64,000 bases of DNA from the human T2T-CHM13v2.0 reference genome, Homo sapiens, in the NCBI RefSeq assembly GCF_009914755.1, contig NC_060933.1; one strand, 5' to 3'. The notes beneath the pieces were generated by a model. That model saw only the letters and a program-made list of their open reading frames with translations. It ran no database searches and was not told the origin of the DNA. A program made the position numbers and the translations under genes. Of the stretch, positions 26,431-42,600 are shown piece after piece. Each line of letters opens with the position of its first letter. Position 1 is the first letter of the stretch.

Positions 26431-28948
26431 TAAACATCATAGAATTTTGAAGTGTAAACAGCACTGTAGCTGAAAAGATAATCCCTTGAATTCCACATAT
26501 CATAAAAATTCAAACTTTAATACGTTCATGTCATAAAAATATCAAGCCACTTTACACTAATATAATTAATAGGTTTATTTAAGCCTTCTTCTTTATAGTT
26601 TCTCTCCTTGAGTTTTATTAGTCAAATCTTCAAAAAAGCACTCCACACAGAAGTAAGAAGGCAGTTATTGATGTAACAGCAAATTGTATGAATAATCACA
26701 AATTAAAGTTGAATAAATGCTCAATTTCAAGGATTTTATAGGGCATTGATATTTAAATATTGAAATATTATTGCTCCAGTGATTGGGTTTCCTGAGGCTA
26801 TTTTTTAAAAGTTGTGGGCTTGTCTATTTATAGCTGCTGCAAGGGTAAAATCAGGATGGTAATAGTGATTTAGCACAGAAAACTCCGGAGATGAAAAGCC
26901 AAGTAGATTATTTTTCAGTGCCTTCATTATGTCACATTCAGATACAGCTATATTTTCTCTTATTTTACCTTCATTTAAAATTTGTTATTTTCATGTTGGC
27001 ATCCTGGGTTCACTGTGAATTTGTCTCTATACTTATTCCCAACCACAGTTCTACATTGCTGATCATATTTAAAAAAATACAGACAAAGCTTTACCCAAAA
27101 GTAGTTCTTGTTGTAACTGGATATAAGTGCTATAATAACAGCTCATTCAAGGTGTTAATGGAGCAATAAAATGTGGAGCTAGCTGCTGGAAGTATTCAAA
27201 TAAGGCATAGGGCACCAAGGTAGTGTCATTTGAATGAAGGGGCAGCAAAAGAACAATGGAGACATTCTACCCATTAAGGAGCAAATATATAGTCATAGGG
27301 ACATGGTAAGTCACTGGGGAAAGCAAGCAGCTTTAGGTGCTAGAGTGCAGTGTCTTTGGAGGAGGTAAGTCAGGAAAGAAAAAGATTTATAGGAAATATA
27401 GGAAAAAATAGAACTATGCTAGGGAAATTCTGTGTATTGTGATTGCTTTCAAGAAGATAATTGACAAACAATGGATTTTCTTAATAAAGTTAATGCAACC
27501 AGACTTTGGGGGTATTAATTTTTGGATCAGGAAAATGACAGTTGGAGAAATAAAAAAGAAGAAGACCACATAGAAAAAATATTATAATAGTCTGGATGGG
27601 AAGAGATACTGAGGTTCCACATTCTCACTCTTATTTCAGATATTGAATAGTTGATTAATTTCTAATGATAATTAATTCTATCTTCTTTACAGGAAAGATA
27701 TATAATAATTCAAGTGCAAATCCTGTGTCAACTTGTGGAAGACAAAAGCATATAAGACATGGCTGTTGACCTAGTAAAGCTCACGGTATCATGGTATACA
27801 AACAGGAGTAGAAATGGCTGTAATTCAAAGCCTTGGCTTACAGCAAAGATGAAAGTCAGTTAAAAGGAATAAATCATGCACCAAAACTTAATGTTAAGTG
27901 TATTATTTAGATTCCCTTAAATATTTCGTCTTTGGTAAAATTTGCAGTTTCTACTGTTTCATTCTTTTAAGTTTTAAACAAAAACTACAAACGGTCACAT
28001 AGAATGACAGAATTGACATAACCCAGATTTAATTTCTTTTGTTTATATTCATTGTGTTATTATTTATTATTTATTTTGAATCTACTTTTTAATATGTAGT
28101 ATCACAGGGGTTTGAGACAGGAACTGCAGAGGTTGGTTGAGCCCTTCTCAACCATTGAAAATTTACTATTGCAGAAGATGCATGACTCAGAGTCTGCATG
28201 TGTTGGAGAAGCCAGGAGGGAACTATTGTATAATTAGTATTTGTAGTAACATCTTTGTTGAGTACAATGCTTATTAAATACTAAGCAAAAATCATGTTGT
28301 AAGTCAAAGCTCATGTATTAATATAATTAATAGTTACCACAGCATTTTTTTACAACTTAGAGGGGAAAATGCCCCATGTCCTCTTACTGGCAGAAAAGGT
28401 CACCTCTAACCACTAAGTCGGTTGAAGAGTTATATTCTCTTACTGTCAACACTGGGAATGTGGAGTGCTCCAATTTCCCACACTTGGTATGCCACTCAAT
28501 CTACTTATGCTGATAACTATCTATGTATTGTTGTGAATTGGATTTATAGACTAGACTGCTGTTATATAAACTGTAATGATGTCCCAAAAGACAAGATTAT
28601 TTTAGTGTAGTGCATAGGATCAGACAAGAATGCAGCTATAATAACGCCAGAAGAACACAAGTTTAGCAAATTGAACTCAAGGAACCCCTAGTATTTCTTA
28701 GAAGTAGCTCAGTCTCTGGAAAAAGAACTATCCAGTCTAAATATTTTAGTAATTTGAAAATACTGAAAAAATCATTTATACATTTTACTTTGTATAACAC
28801 GAATTTCACAAGCTTCTTTATGTGCTGAAAGATTGCAAAATATTACTCTATAAAAAAACTTAAAATGTTGTTAACCAAGGCACCGAGGGCACCTAGTGAC
28901 GCTTTACATGAATCATAGTAAAAGTGTCCAGGAGGGGAAGATATTATC

Positions 28949-29356
28949 TATTATGGACTGAATTGTATCTCCCCCAAAATATAAATGTTAAAACCCTAAC
29001 CTCCAATATGACTAAATCTGAAAATAAGATCTTTAAGTATTTATGGAATTAAGGTTAAAAGACATCATAAGAGTGGGACCATAATCCAAGAGCTGGTGTC
29101 CATATAAGAAGAGATACACACCCTCTTTTTCTCTCTCTCCCCACCCAACTCTGCATGTACAGAGAGGAAGGACATGTGAGCATACAAAGAGAAGGCAGCC
29201 ATCCACAAGCCAGGAAGAGAGGCTTCACCAGAAATAAACCTTGATGACACCTTAATTTTGGACTTTGAAAGGCTCCCAAATGATGAGAAAACAAATTTAT
29301 GTTGATTAAGCAGCTATGATGTGGCATTTGTTATGGTGTCCAAGCTGACTAATACA
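28949..29356 (+). mobile_element. MLT1A/A0-like solo LTR
   Basis: TATTATGGACTGAATTGTATCTCCCCCAAAAT...GCTGACTAATACA; TSD TTATC/TCATC. Confidence 0.85.
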
Positions 29357-29904
29357 TCATCTTAAATGTAATACCCGCAATTGTACCATAAATTATAATA
29401 ATTGAAGCTACTTCCAAAACTTGTGAAAACGGAACCATATATCCATGAAGCATATTTACTTCATGTATCTGCCCTTAGAACTATGTCACATATTTGAAGA
29501 GTAACCAGACTTCAAGTCTAACTGTATTCAGAACTCATGAATTATTTGCATTACCCAATAAAATCAAATTATTCATTTGACATTAGGATATTAATATTTC
29601 CCAGATTACTGTAAACCTTTCAAATTTCATAACTTTTATTTTATAATTATGATGCTTGAAGAGACAGTATTTGTTTATGGATAAGAAATCTGGGATCCAG
29701 GGGGAAATAAAAAAGAAATATCACACTCCTCATAGTAGTGGGGAGAAGGCTAAAATCCAGGTTTTCTAATTCCCCGTCTATCTTTATTTGTTCTACATCA
29801 AACTATCTTTTAACTCTTACCAATATAATCCTTTTTTTAGACAGCACAGGAATTTCAATATTCCCAGACAAGCCATGTTGATTCATGTTCCAAAATGCTA
29901 TTTA

Positions 29905-30115
29905 TAATAATAATAATAATCATCATCATAACAAATGCTCATGTAGTACTTATTATGTGCTGGCACTTTTCTAAGTGCTTGACATTTATTAACTTATTAA
30001 CTTCATTAACTTTTGAAATAAGTACTATTCTCATCTTACAAATGACAAAATTAAAATGCAGAAAGAAAAATGTTAAATTGCTTAAAATCACACAAATGGA
30101 AAGTGAAGTCTGAAG
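29905..30115 (-). mobile_element. MIR
   Basis: (AAT)n tail, TATGTGCTGGCACTTTTCTAAGTGCTT and CATCTTACAAATGA core. Confidence 0.75.
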
Positions 30116-31002
30116 TCATAACATTGAGAACATAATAAGATTGGCTAGAAGTGAAAAAAATCGACATGTCTCTATAGAATGAGAAAAGAAATTCACTTTT
30201 TTCACATTAGAGAAATTGCGGCAGCCCAGTAATAATCTAGAGAAACTGCCAAAGATAGGCATAGGACTTAGAGAAAGTTCCAAGCAATGTGGTGGATACT
30301 GACCCTCAAAGAAGAAACAATCGTTAAAAATTTCCTAGATCAAGATATGATGTAGGAAGTGTCAACAGATGTCTTAATATACAAATAAAATATTGCTACT
30401 CTATGTTATTCTAAATATTATATATGTCTGTCTGCAATATGTTTTGTATGTTATTCTACCCATATGATTTACAAGAATCTTCAGAAAACTATGAAAATGT
30501 ACAGATTCAGTACATGAACTTATATTAGCTGTTATTTTGTTTTGCTGTTACTTTGATATTCCATTTTTAATTGCAATAATGGATGAGTTAACAAAAGTCT
30601 TAGAATTCTCTGATGAAGCAAGGTTATGCTATTAGCTTGCTGGAGCTATGACAGAAGGTAGAATAATTGTCAAATCATTATGTGCTTCAATTACAAAATG
30701 TGTATTATATATTATATATAATAGACCTGTGAATTCTATGATTATGTTCCATTCTTCCTACATAAAAGTTTGATTATGATATATTGAATATAATTTCAAG
30801 GAATGTAATTTATAACTTCACAATATCTTTTGCTTCACTAAAACATCCAGAAAGTATAAAGAAATCAGTAGCACATTTTATTAATCTGGTTCTTGAGAAT
30901 TTTTTAAGAGGAAACATTCAAGGTATCCATGATAAATTTTAATATGCAGGGATGAAACTAGGGATTATTGCTAGATACACTTATTAAAAAAAAAAGCATT
31001 AG

Positions 31003-31882
31003 AGTTGATGTTCTAGATTTTTTTTGTTCCATGGACTCTTATGGATAGCTGGTGAAGCTAATGGACCCCCTGCCATCTTATTAGAATAATACTTTTAAAT
31101 ATATAAAATCCCATAAGATTACAAAATCAATTATACTAAAACATATTATCAATAGTGTAAAATCATATTTGTTATTTAGTAACATGTATCTTAATAAATT
31201 GATTACAAAGTAACACATTTAAAATATTGGCAATTTAAACTTAAATTTTGTTTTTTTAAAGACGTGCCTATGTGAAAATTGCTAACTCTTCTAATCTACA
31301 CGTCTATATGTCTTAGAAAAGGTTACACTCTCTGAGTTAAGCATTCTCATTTGAACTCTCATGTTTTACGACAAATAATGATAATTACTCACCTCTTTCC
31401 ATATATTCATAAACAATTGAGAATTGAGAGTATTTGAATGTGGCATATCTATCTATATAACCATTGTAAGAACACATGATTTCAAGATTTAATTTGCTAA
31501 ATGACTCCTAGGTGTGGAGTTTTCCCAGTACTGGGAGGTTAGTGTTGATCAAATATTTGTAGACAGAAATAATGAGTTGAACCTTGATGAGGAATTTGGT
31601 TTATAACTAAAGAAATCCCAAGTTAGTGATAATCATCAGTTATATATACAGCACCTCTAACATGGAATAGAAATACCTGCAATATCTTCTGATGATTAAG
31701 TCACAGTTATTAATACTCTATACTTTCTTGCCTATATTCATAGGGAACCCCAATAAAACACTTAATTTAAGTAAATGTTACTGAAAAAAATATGATTTTT
31801 TTCCTGCCTTCATGTCCATAGACTCCCTGGATTCAGTATGTGAAACTCCTTGGGTATCTATGGAGCCTGAAGAATAATGCCT
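31003..31882. mobile_element. hAT-Tip100 relic (MER115/Zaphod-like)
   Basis: CTGGTGAAGCTAATGGACCCC..AGAATAATACTTTTAAAT and a terminal GTCCATAGACTCCCTG..GAAGAATAATGCCTG. Confidence 0.55.
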
Positions 31883-33114
31883 GAATTAATAAAAAGAAAA
31901 TGGCAACTGCTAACATTTAGAGAGGCATGAGTATCGTATTAAATTTTCCTAAGCAAGCTACTAAATATTCCACTGTAATATGTTTTATTTGCTTATTAAA
32001 AAATTCCTACTTGTTTATAATTATATTCAACTATGAATTGATGATTAGTAACAAATATACTGAAAGTTCTGAAACTACTGAAGATTTAAATAATTAAGAA
32101 ATATAGACTTTTAATGTAAAGTCAAAATTAAAATTTAATTTAAAATATCTGACACTTTGTCAGGTACTCATTACAAACAGAAATTGCAGAGACAAATAAA
32201 ATATTTCACTGCCATTACAGAGTTTACCATGTAGGTTAAAAAAGAAAAGAAGTCCCTTAATTTGCTTTCTAACTGAGTTTTCTTTCACTTTTGTTACCGC
32301 TGTTGATTTTTACCTGAATGATTCTTAGCCTCTGCTGATTGAAGTGTCCAGGACCTATCATGACTCCTGGGATAGAAATAGAGTGCCAGGGCTTGTCATT
32401 AGACTTGCCTACTCTAGGTGGAGGGTCCTAATCACACATACTGAAAGCAGGAATTTAGTATTCAGCAAGGCCTGATTTAGAAATCGGCAAGACCTGATTT
32501 CTGCAAAATATTGCAAACACCAGTCCCTATATTTCAGAAAGCTAAATAACATGATTATTAGGAGAAGCAGTGTATCATTCAAAATGAGAAATAACATAGA
32601 AGACAGAAGACTGTCAATGAGCAGTAAAAATCAAGTTATCATTTACTGTTTCATAAATAGAGTTTTATGGAGAGATTAAGTGGTAGTGAAGAAAGACTAC
32701 ATTTACTTTTAGGTTACTGAAGTACAAATGATGGGGTGTAACAAACAGAAACCCAGAACTTGAACTGGGCACAAAATGACGACCCATACTGAAGTGTCAG
32801 ACAGTAAAGGGATGTTTTGGTAGAGGGGTGAGCCCAGCAGAAGGACTAGAAGGCTGTGTCTTGGAGAACAAATTCAGTCTAGTGACAAGCGCAATACCTG
32901 GGCAATGATTCAGTGTTACAAGTTATAAGAGTATATCTCAAAGAGCATAATCATATAGGAAAGCTGAGATTCCATGGATGCTTGGCTGGTTTTCCTCATA
33001 CTCAATACATTTTCTCAGTAAAGTGTTCTAGTGGCTAAAATTCTGAAATCTATTTGTCTCTTTTGAAAATAAATCTGGTTAAGTAATTTTATACGTGTTA
33101 ATTTATTAACATAT

Positions 33115-33760
<646 letters not shown>

Positions 33761-35650
33761 CAAAAAGAAAAGGTTGTGTTATTACCATGCATTGCTGACT
33801 GTTGACATTACGGTGTGAATAATTTACCTTCCATCTCCCAGACCATTTCTACTGATGTGGAATGACAACACTGATATCTATAATATAAAGGAAACACATA
33901 AGGAAAATAAGTAAATAATAGGAGGCATATTTCTTCCTCTTCCAACTATGTTTAGGGCTGTGCTTGCTCACAAAGGAAAAAGATTTGGCTTAGACATTAA
34001 TGCCGCAGAATGATATCATAAACACTTAACTTAGATTCAGATATATGATTTGCTTTTAAATTGTCAAAGTATTGTCTCACCAATTGATAAGAAAACATAA
34101 GAAGAGTTTAAATAGCTATTAGAAAAATTTAGCCACAGATCACAACTGACTGACTCTTCTTTACTCCAAGCAGAGGCAACGCTTTCTCTCTACTTAACAC
34201 AATTCAACCTGGGCTTCCTTTGGTTTTAAAAAGACAATAAGAAAGAAAAGATATAGGCTGCTTATTACCAGCATATATGGCTTCTTGATCAGGGTGGAGT
34301 CTTGTTGGTAATTCCATTTTCCGCTGAAGGCATTGCATGGCAGACTAATTGCTGGCTATAAAGGTTGCACTCATTATGCTACACTTAGCAATCCCTGGGG
34401 AAGAGTGTTATTTTCCTAGCCACATGCTGCCTAATACTGATTTTTTAGAACAAGTTGCACTGATTTTTACAGATGTTGTAATTTGTGCCTTTCCTTTTTA
34501 TGCTCTCTACCTCTCTAGATTCTTAATAATGTGTTTTATGCCTTATCATTTAATCAAATCACAATCCTGTGGACTACTGGATGAGTTCAAGGTGTCTAAC
34601 TATTGACCTTGCTGAATCCTACTGTGTGAAATCTAGTTATCAGAAGAATGAGATCACAGCAGTGAAAAAAAGAATGTAGATGATATATAACTGTAGTCAA
34701 TTGTTTCCAGAGTAAAGAAATCTGAACTCTTAGGTCCGATGACATTGATTGAGACTTTTCTCCTAGAAAGGTAGTGTTGGGCCCATACAAAACAGAGGAT
34801 GAATTGCATAGGCTATCGTCCCTTGTGAGGGAAGAAAAGATTAATCAGTTCATTGTTGAAGAGAGTGTACACTCAATTTTTCATGTTATCTGAGAAAAAC
34901 TTCTTAGACTAGGCCATGAATAAACAAAATGCATTTCCTAATAAAATGGCACTTTCTTCTCTCTGTGTAATATTCAGCCTCAATAAGAGATTAACAAATA
35001 ATTATAGGTTGGTTATGCACATGGATCATGAAAAAGGAAAGAGGAAGAGTCAGATTTAAGAAAGAAAACTAAGATTAGCAAAAAATAGTGATATAACATG
35101 AATAATATAATTGTGTTAAGAGTGTACTATGCATATCCCTTCATGTCTGCTTTGGGTTGAAATGCCTAGAGGAGTGTAAACTGCTTCAATTCATGCAATT
35201 TTGTGCATATTTAAATAGTTCTGTAAAAACCATGCTTTTACTTTTTCTCATTATCTATATTCTTGACTATTTCTTTAAAATGTTTAAAAGATTGTCTCTG
35301 AAAATTGCACATGAATATTTTATTTAGGCAGTCTGTGTGGTCCAAGGAGCTAATACCATATATATATATATATTTTACTTTATTGTAATTGAAAGAAAAT
35401 TTCAAACAAATTTTTGACAAATATAAAAATTATGTTTTTATATTTTCTTCTCAGAAAATAAAATTTTTAGAATAACTCAGATTATTTCAAAAATAAATAT
35501 AGAATTAGAATCTCAGATAAGGCTACTAAATTGATGTGTTCTATTCAATGATCAATCATAGGAAATAAAAATGACTATTGTAGAAAATATTATAATAATG
35601 CATAATGATGTTAAGTTTTCATAACATGATTAATGTTTATTAAAGAATAC

Positions 35651-36027
35651 TATATTGGTTCACTTTGACACTGCTATAAAGAACTACCTGAGAATGGGTA
35701 ATTTATGAAGAAAAGAGGTTTAATCGACTCACAGTTTCACAGGCTTAACAGAAACCATGGCTAGGAGGCCTCAGGAAACGTAGTCATGGCAGAAAGTGAA
35801 GACGGAACAAACATGCCTTACCATGGTGGAGCAGGAGTTGGGGGTCGGGAGACTGCCACACACTTTTAAACCATCAGATCTTGTGAGAACTCACGCACTA
35901 TCAGGAGAACAACAGGGGGGAAACCTCCCCCATAATCCAATCACCTCCCACCAGGTCCCTTCCCTGACATGTGGTGATTGTAATTCGACATGAGATTTGG
36001 ATGGGGACAAAGAGCCAAACCATGTCA
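35651..36027 (-). mobile_element. MaLR solo LTR (THE1D/MSTA)
   Basis: CACTGCTATAAAGAACTACCTGAG...GAGCCAAACCATGTCA; perfect TSD AATAC. Confidence 0.9.
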
Positions 36028-36574
36028 AATACCAATTGAGTATAATTTCTATCCATTAATTAGTAATATATCATGTTATATATTTTAATCATAGGAGTTT
36101 AAAAACATTTTTAAATGGATGAAGGTATAAGATCTCTTCCTCAGAAGAGTTCAGGTAGCACACACTCGCAGGAGATGAAAAAAGTTATCTTTCTGTCCTT
36201 TCCCAGACAGTGATGGAAACCTAAGTAAGTGGTGAGTCATTGATTAGGTAGCTGGTGCTCCTTCCAGCTAGACAGCTTCCTGGTCTGCTCTGAGATGGAG
36301 TTTACAAAACTAGGCTTCCAGAATGCTTCATCACCACATGACAGACATAGAATTGGGATAATTTAATGCTGTCACTTATTCTTCTGTTCACTTGACAAAT
36401 ATAGTGCATCAGGCTATGTTCTGAATTCTGAGAGTACAAAACTAAAAAGAAGTATCCTGCCTTCAAGAAATTCAGTCTATTTTGAGAGAAAACTCAAATA
36501 TAAATAAATAAATTAGCAGATGGCATAATAGAGCATATAGGGAGGAGAGATGGCTTAGAGATGAGGTCTAGTAA

Positions 36575-37210
36575 ATGGAGTCCAGTCAGGGGACAGATAC
36601 TACTCCAGTTATTTTATCAGGTATATTTTAATGAACGCAATTACTAACATTATTGGAGAACTGTTACAGCAAACAGAGAAACATTAAAGTGTCATAGTAG
36701 CAGTAACTGCAGGAAGCACTTAACAACCCCTTAGGCTAAGCTAACAGAGGAAAAAGGTTAAAATTATTGATGTTTAAAAGCCCAAAGGAGAAGCTCTGTG
36801 GAGCTGGAGCTCTGACTTGTAAGAAGGGGCCACTGTATGCGTGGAACAGATGCCACAGAACCTCAGAGGAAGGACTGCATAGATCTCATACTCAGATTTG
36901 AGGAAGGAATACAAGAAAGATGGTTCTGGTGCCAATAAGAGGTCATTATGAGGCTGGATCTGGGGTGTTAAAAAAAAGCTGATAGTGAAATCAACTGCCA
37001 TGAGTAAACTGTAATCACCAAAGTCAAGATGTGCCACCATGATGATGCTGACAAAACCACAAAGCAGTCCTGACACTGGGAGCAAAACAATAAGATCCAA
37101 AACCCTTCTCCCTCTTCTGACTTTTCAGTCTTCCTCTAGCATCTCCAGTGGCAGAAACTAAGAGGCAGCCAATGAGCAAAGCCAAAATATGACTCGCAGA
37201 ATCCTTGCTA
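36575..37210. mobile_element. Ancient LTR (LTR78/79-like) within L2 sequence
   Basis: GTCCAGTCAGGG..ACTCCAGTTATTTT and AGTAACTGCAGGAAGCA..CCCCTTAGGCT resemble the recalled consensus. Confidence 0.45.
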
Positions 37211-38134
37211 AGTATAGGAAAATGAGTTATAATCAGAGTATCTTGGAAAAAATAGTCTATTATGTGACACAGAAGGTAAACTTAAATAAGAAAATAAGGG
37301 CAGTAAAATAAGCAGAAGCTTCATAGGAGGGGACCCTGAGCTGAAGTTGAGAGAGTGAGCAAGGATTTTATAGTATGGGGCAGAAGCTTGGGATGAGCCA
37401 GGAAAAAGAATCATGGAGAGGGCTGGTTCACAAGAAGAGAAAACTAAGATACATGGACCACCAAGAATAATTGTGGGAATTTATATTTGAAAGGTTAGGC
37501 AGATAAAACTGCTTGAGTTAGATTATGAAAACCTGAAAACATCACACCGTAATTTGGATTGATATTTTTACTATGCAGCCATTGATGTTTGTAAAGGAGG
37601 CTAGTACTATGGGGGTAGATATTGCTTAAAGAAGACTGACATGGGTACATGTTATAGGATCGATTGGAAGGAAGAAGGAAATAATAAATTAGATTTTGGA
37701 AAAGGAACTATTGTCATAATATAGAAACAGTGATGAAGGTGTCAACAAGATAATCAGTGCTGACAGATTCCAAAAATATTGTAAAAGAAAAAAATTATCG
37801 TAACATTTAAATTTGTCTGCTATAAATGAAGAGAAAGGATAACTTCTTGCATAGTGAATCATAGTGCTAACAATATGTTATTTTTAGATTAAGATGAATG
37901 AATAAATTTATACTTTGGAGCTGAACATTTGGATTATAATCATCAAGAGTGAAGTGATCATATAGATAATGGGAATGCATAAGATCTGCAAGTGTATATT
38001 TTGAAAGACAAAGTCACACCAAAATAATCAGACCCTAAAGAGACATCATCCCAAGGTGAGAAAAAAAATAGGAACAGTAAAATAGCTGAGAGAAGAATCT
38101 CAAAGACATGACAGCATTTCAAAGAGCTGAATGA

Positions 38135-38549
<415 letters not shown>

Positions 38550-38638
38550 TGATGGATTGCTCAGTTTCTATTGTGAACAACCCATCAAAGAAAATAAAGA
38601 GTAAGAAATGAAATCTGTCTACGAAAAGATGATACCAC

Positions 38639-40331
38639 TGTCACAGAATCCTTGGGGTGTCACTTTTCAAGCCAGAAATCTCTATAGCCAATGGTGCCTT
38701 TGCCTGAGTTTTGCTCTGGCCTGATGGGCTCATTCCACCCACTTGGCCTGGCAGGTTGTACTCAGCTCATGCTACCAGGCTGGATCCCACGCCTGCCAAG
38801 ATTGAGCCAGGGATGGAGCAGTGAGGGGTGTGTGAGCAAGTGAGCATGGGAGCCAGCCACTGGGCACAGCCAGGCATTCCAGCGGTGGCAGAGTGTGTAG
38901 CTCCAGGCACTGGCACAGGTGCCAGATCCCTGCAAGGTTACCGCTGGACCAGGCATATCGCAAGCAGCTTCCCCAGCTGGCACCAGGGAACATAGTGGCA
39001 CCTGGAGGCTTGGAAATGCCAGGAATCAAAGAGCCCCAAAGAGGGAGTCACAGCCCTGGCTCAGGGAGTTCCTAGGTCTGGGCTCCCTCAAGGGCTGCAG
39101 CTCTTCTCTCCTCTTCTCTCTCCTTCTCTTGCCTGTAACATGGTGAGCAAGGGGTGTGTTTCAGCCCTATTTGTGTTACAGCTCTTGCCCTGCCACTTGA
39201 CAGGTCTGGAATTCTTGTCCTGCAACCAGGAAGAATGAGGCACGCAAACAAGTGGATGATGAGCAAGGCGAAGAGGTACTTTTTTGAGTGACAGAACAGC
39301 TTAGAGACGACCTGCAGTGGGTAGCCCCTTTCTGCAGGCAAGGCATCCCAAAGAGCATTTAGCTTTCAGCAGAGAGGAGACCCACAACAGGTAGTCCCAA
39401 CATCTGCTCAGCTCTCAACTGAGAGGAGACCCAAAATGGGTAGCTCTGTGCAGGCAGGGCATCCTGGCGAGTGTTCAGCTCTCAGCAGAGAAGAGATTCA
39501 CAGTGGGTAGCTCCTCTCTGTAGGCAGGTCATCCTGTTTTCTGCCCCAGTCTGGTTGAGCCCAGGGTTTTTACGGACCTCAGAGAGGAGGAATTGCATGC
39601 TGATTGGTCCACAGGTGGCCACTAGCAACTCATAAAAGCACCACAAGTTCTCACGCTGGTTCGTGGAACTGGCAGCCCAATCTCCAGGCCTCAAGTCATC
39701 TCTGGCCTGAAGGTGGGGTTTCACCGGGAACCCATCCCTTTCCACCCAGGAGCCTGTTTGCCTCCTGCCACCATTAACCTGCCATCCACAGTGCCCATGG
39801 CAACCAGGCTGTTTGTGCCTAGTGGTGCCTGCAGGAACCATGCCAAGCCACACTCAACCCACCTTCGGTCTCCCTCCCATGCTCGTAGGTACCCAAAATT
39901 CACAGGGGGCAGAGGTGGCGGGGGCTGGAGTGTCAGTGCTGCACTGAGTGTGTGCACACCCAGCCAGGTCATGACAGCACCTGGGCTCAGCCACTGCTTA
40001 GCTCCAAAATTAGAGTGGGTGCCAGGAGTGAGGAGAGGTCAGGCAGTGGGAGCAGGCACTTTTAAGCCTGTGGGAGCAAAGGGGCTTCCTGAGCCTCTGA
40101 GAGTGCAGAGATGCCCAGGTCTGCATTCCAGCTGAGCATCTGTAGCTGTGTCTTGGAAACGGGGGTGGGGGTGGGGGCGGGGCTCCCGTCCCTCCAACTT
40201 GGAAGCAGACGGGGCTTCCACCTATTCCCGGCTCCTGTACTACTTTGTGGAGCATGCAGCCCCTGCGGCGCCTTCCACACTGCAGTTGGTGTCACGGCAG
40301 AGGCCGCTCCAGATGGCCCCTGCTGCCATCA
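38639..40331 (-). mobile_element. MER52-type long ERV1 solo LTR (about 1.7 kb)
   Basis: TG..CA termini (TGTCACAGAATCCTTGGGGTGTC / CTGCTGCCATCA); internal GAGAGGAGACCCAC..GGGTAGCTC repeats at 39300-39530; GC-rich; TSD CCAC/CAAC. Confidence 0.88.
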
Positions 40332-40569
40332 CAACCTTTCAGAGATCAATTTCTGAGAATGTAAGGACCAAAATCCAAAGTGCAAAGTATTAAGGTAGAA
40401 GGGTTATTGGAAAAAATAGAAGATTTTAGCAATCAAAAGAAACAAGACAATATGGCAATGCTCAAGAAAGTTATTTTCATATATAGAATGCCAAGATTTT
40501 AGAATGGATTTTTCTTCATTATATGTTGGACTATTACAATTCCAAGAAATATTAACATCTACTCCTTAT

Positions 40570-40750
40570 AGAAATAGTATTATGTGCTCTACAGTCCTGT
40601 GATAAGCACTTTGTACATATTATCTAATTTAAGTCTCACTTTTTAAAACAGAAGCAGTGTTGTGTTTATTTGAACTAGAACAAGGTACTTGTTTTCAGAG
40701 ATGAGGCAGCATCATCGAGGTCACAAGGGTAAGATGTGTTTAAATCCACA
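40570..40750 (-). mobile_element. MIR
   Basis: TAAGCACTTTGTACATATTATCTAATTTAA..AGGTCACA. Confidence 0.5.
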
Positions 40751-40754
40751 ATTA

Positions 40755-42085
<1,331 letters not shown>

Positions 42086-42086
42086 A

Positions 42087-42600
42087 CAGACAGTCCTCAC
42101 TTTATGTGATTCTGGTATGTTTGAATTTCAGTTACCATAATTAAATAATACCAGTGCCACACAACATGGTTTAAGTTTCAGTGTTTACAGTATATTAAAT
42201 GTAATTTCCTAAAGTATTAATTTTATTCTTATTTCTTCAATCTACAAATCACTATTTAAATAACAGATGCATATTATGACTGGTGACCAAATCACATCAT
42301 TTCTTTCAAGTAATTCGGTAATTAATCACTTGACCTCTATTGTGCAGTTCAAGTACAGAAACCAACACATGTATTCGTGTTGCCTTTTTGTCTCTCAGTG
42401 ATAAACTAATATGACATTTTACAAAAATGGATAACTGAGAAAAGGAATTGGTCAACAAAGATGGAAGCTCAGCAGAGAAACAAAAATGATATAATGCTTG
42501 AAGTGAAATTTGATTTCAACATAAATGGAGTTATAGAAGATATAGCTGACTGTCAGAATGTGGACACTTGTCATTCTAGAAGCTCTAGCTATGCAGCTAG
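42087..42600. mobile_element. Tigger DNA transposon relic (Tigger8-like)
   Basis: TA then CAGACAGTCCTCACTTT..GAATTTCAGTTACCA. Confidence 0.6.

Noticed and set aside
27670-27790. Strong acceptor TTCTTTACAG/G as an exon start
   Set aside because: It lies in L2-like sequence with only a weak downstream donor and no reading-frame support.
39300-39530. Spaced repeats that look array-like
   Set aside because: They are degenerate internal tandem units of the MER52 LTR with no unique spacers; not CRISPR.
38762-40393. Dense cluster of overlapping 60-140 aa ORFs
   Set aside because: This is a stop-poor, GC-rich MER52 LTR with no protein family resemblance, and it is not a CpG-island gene start.
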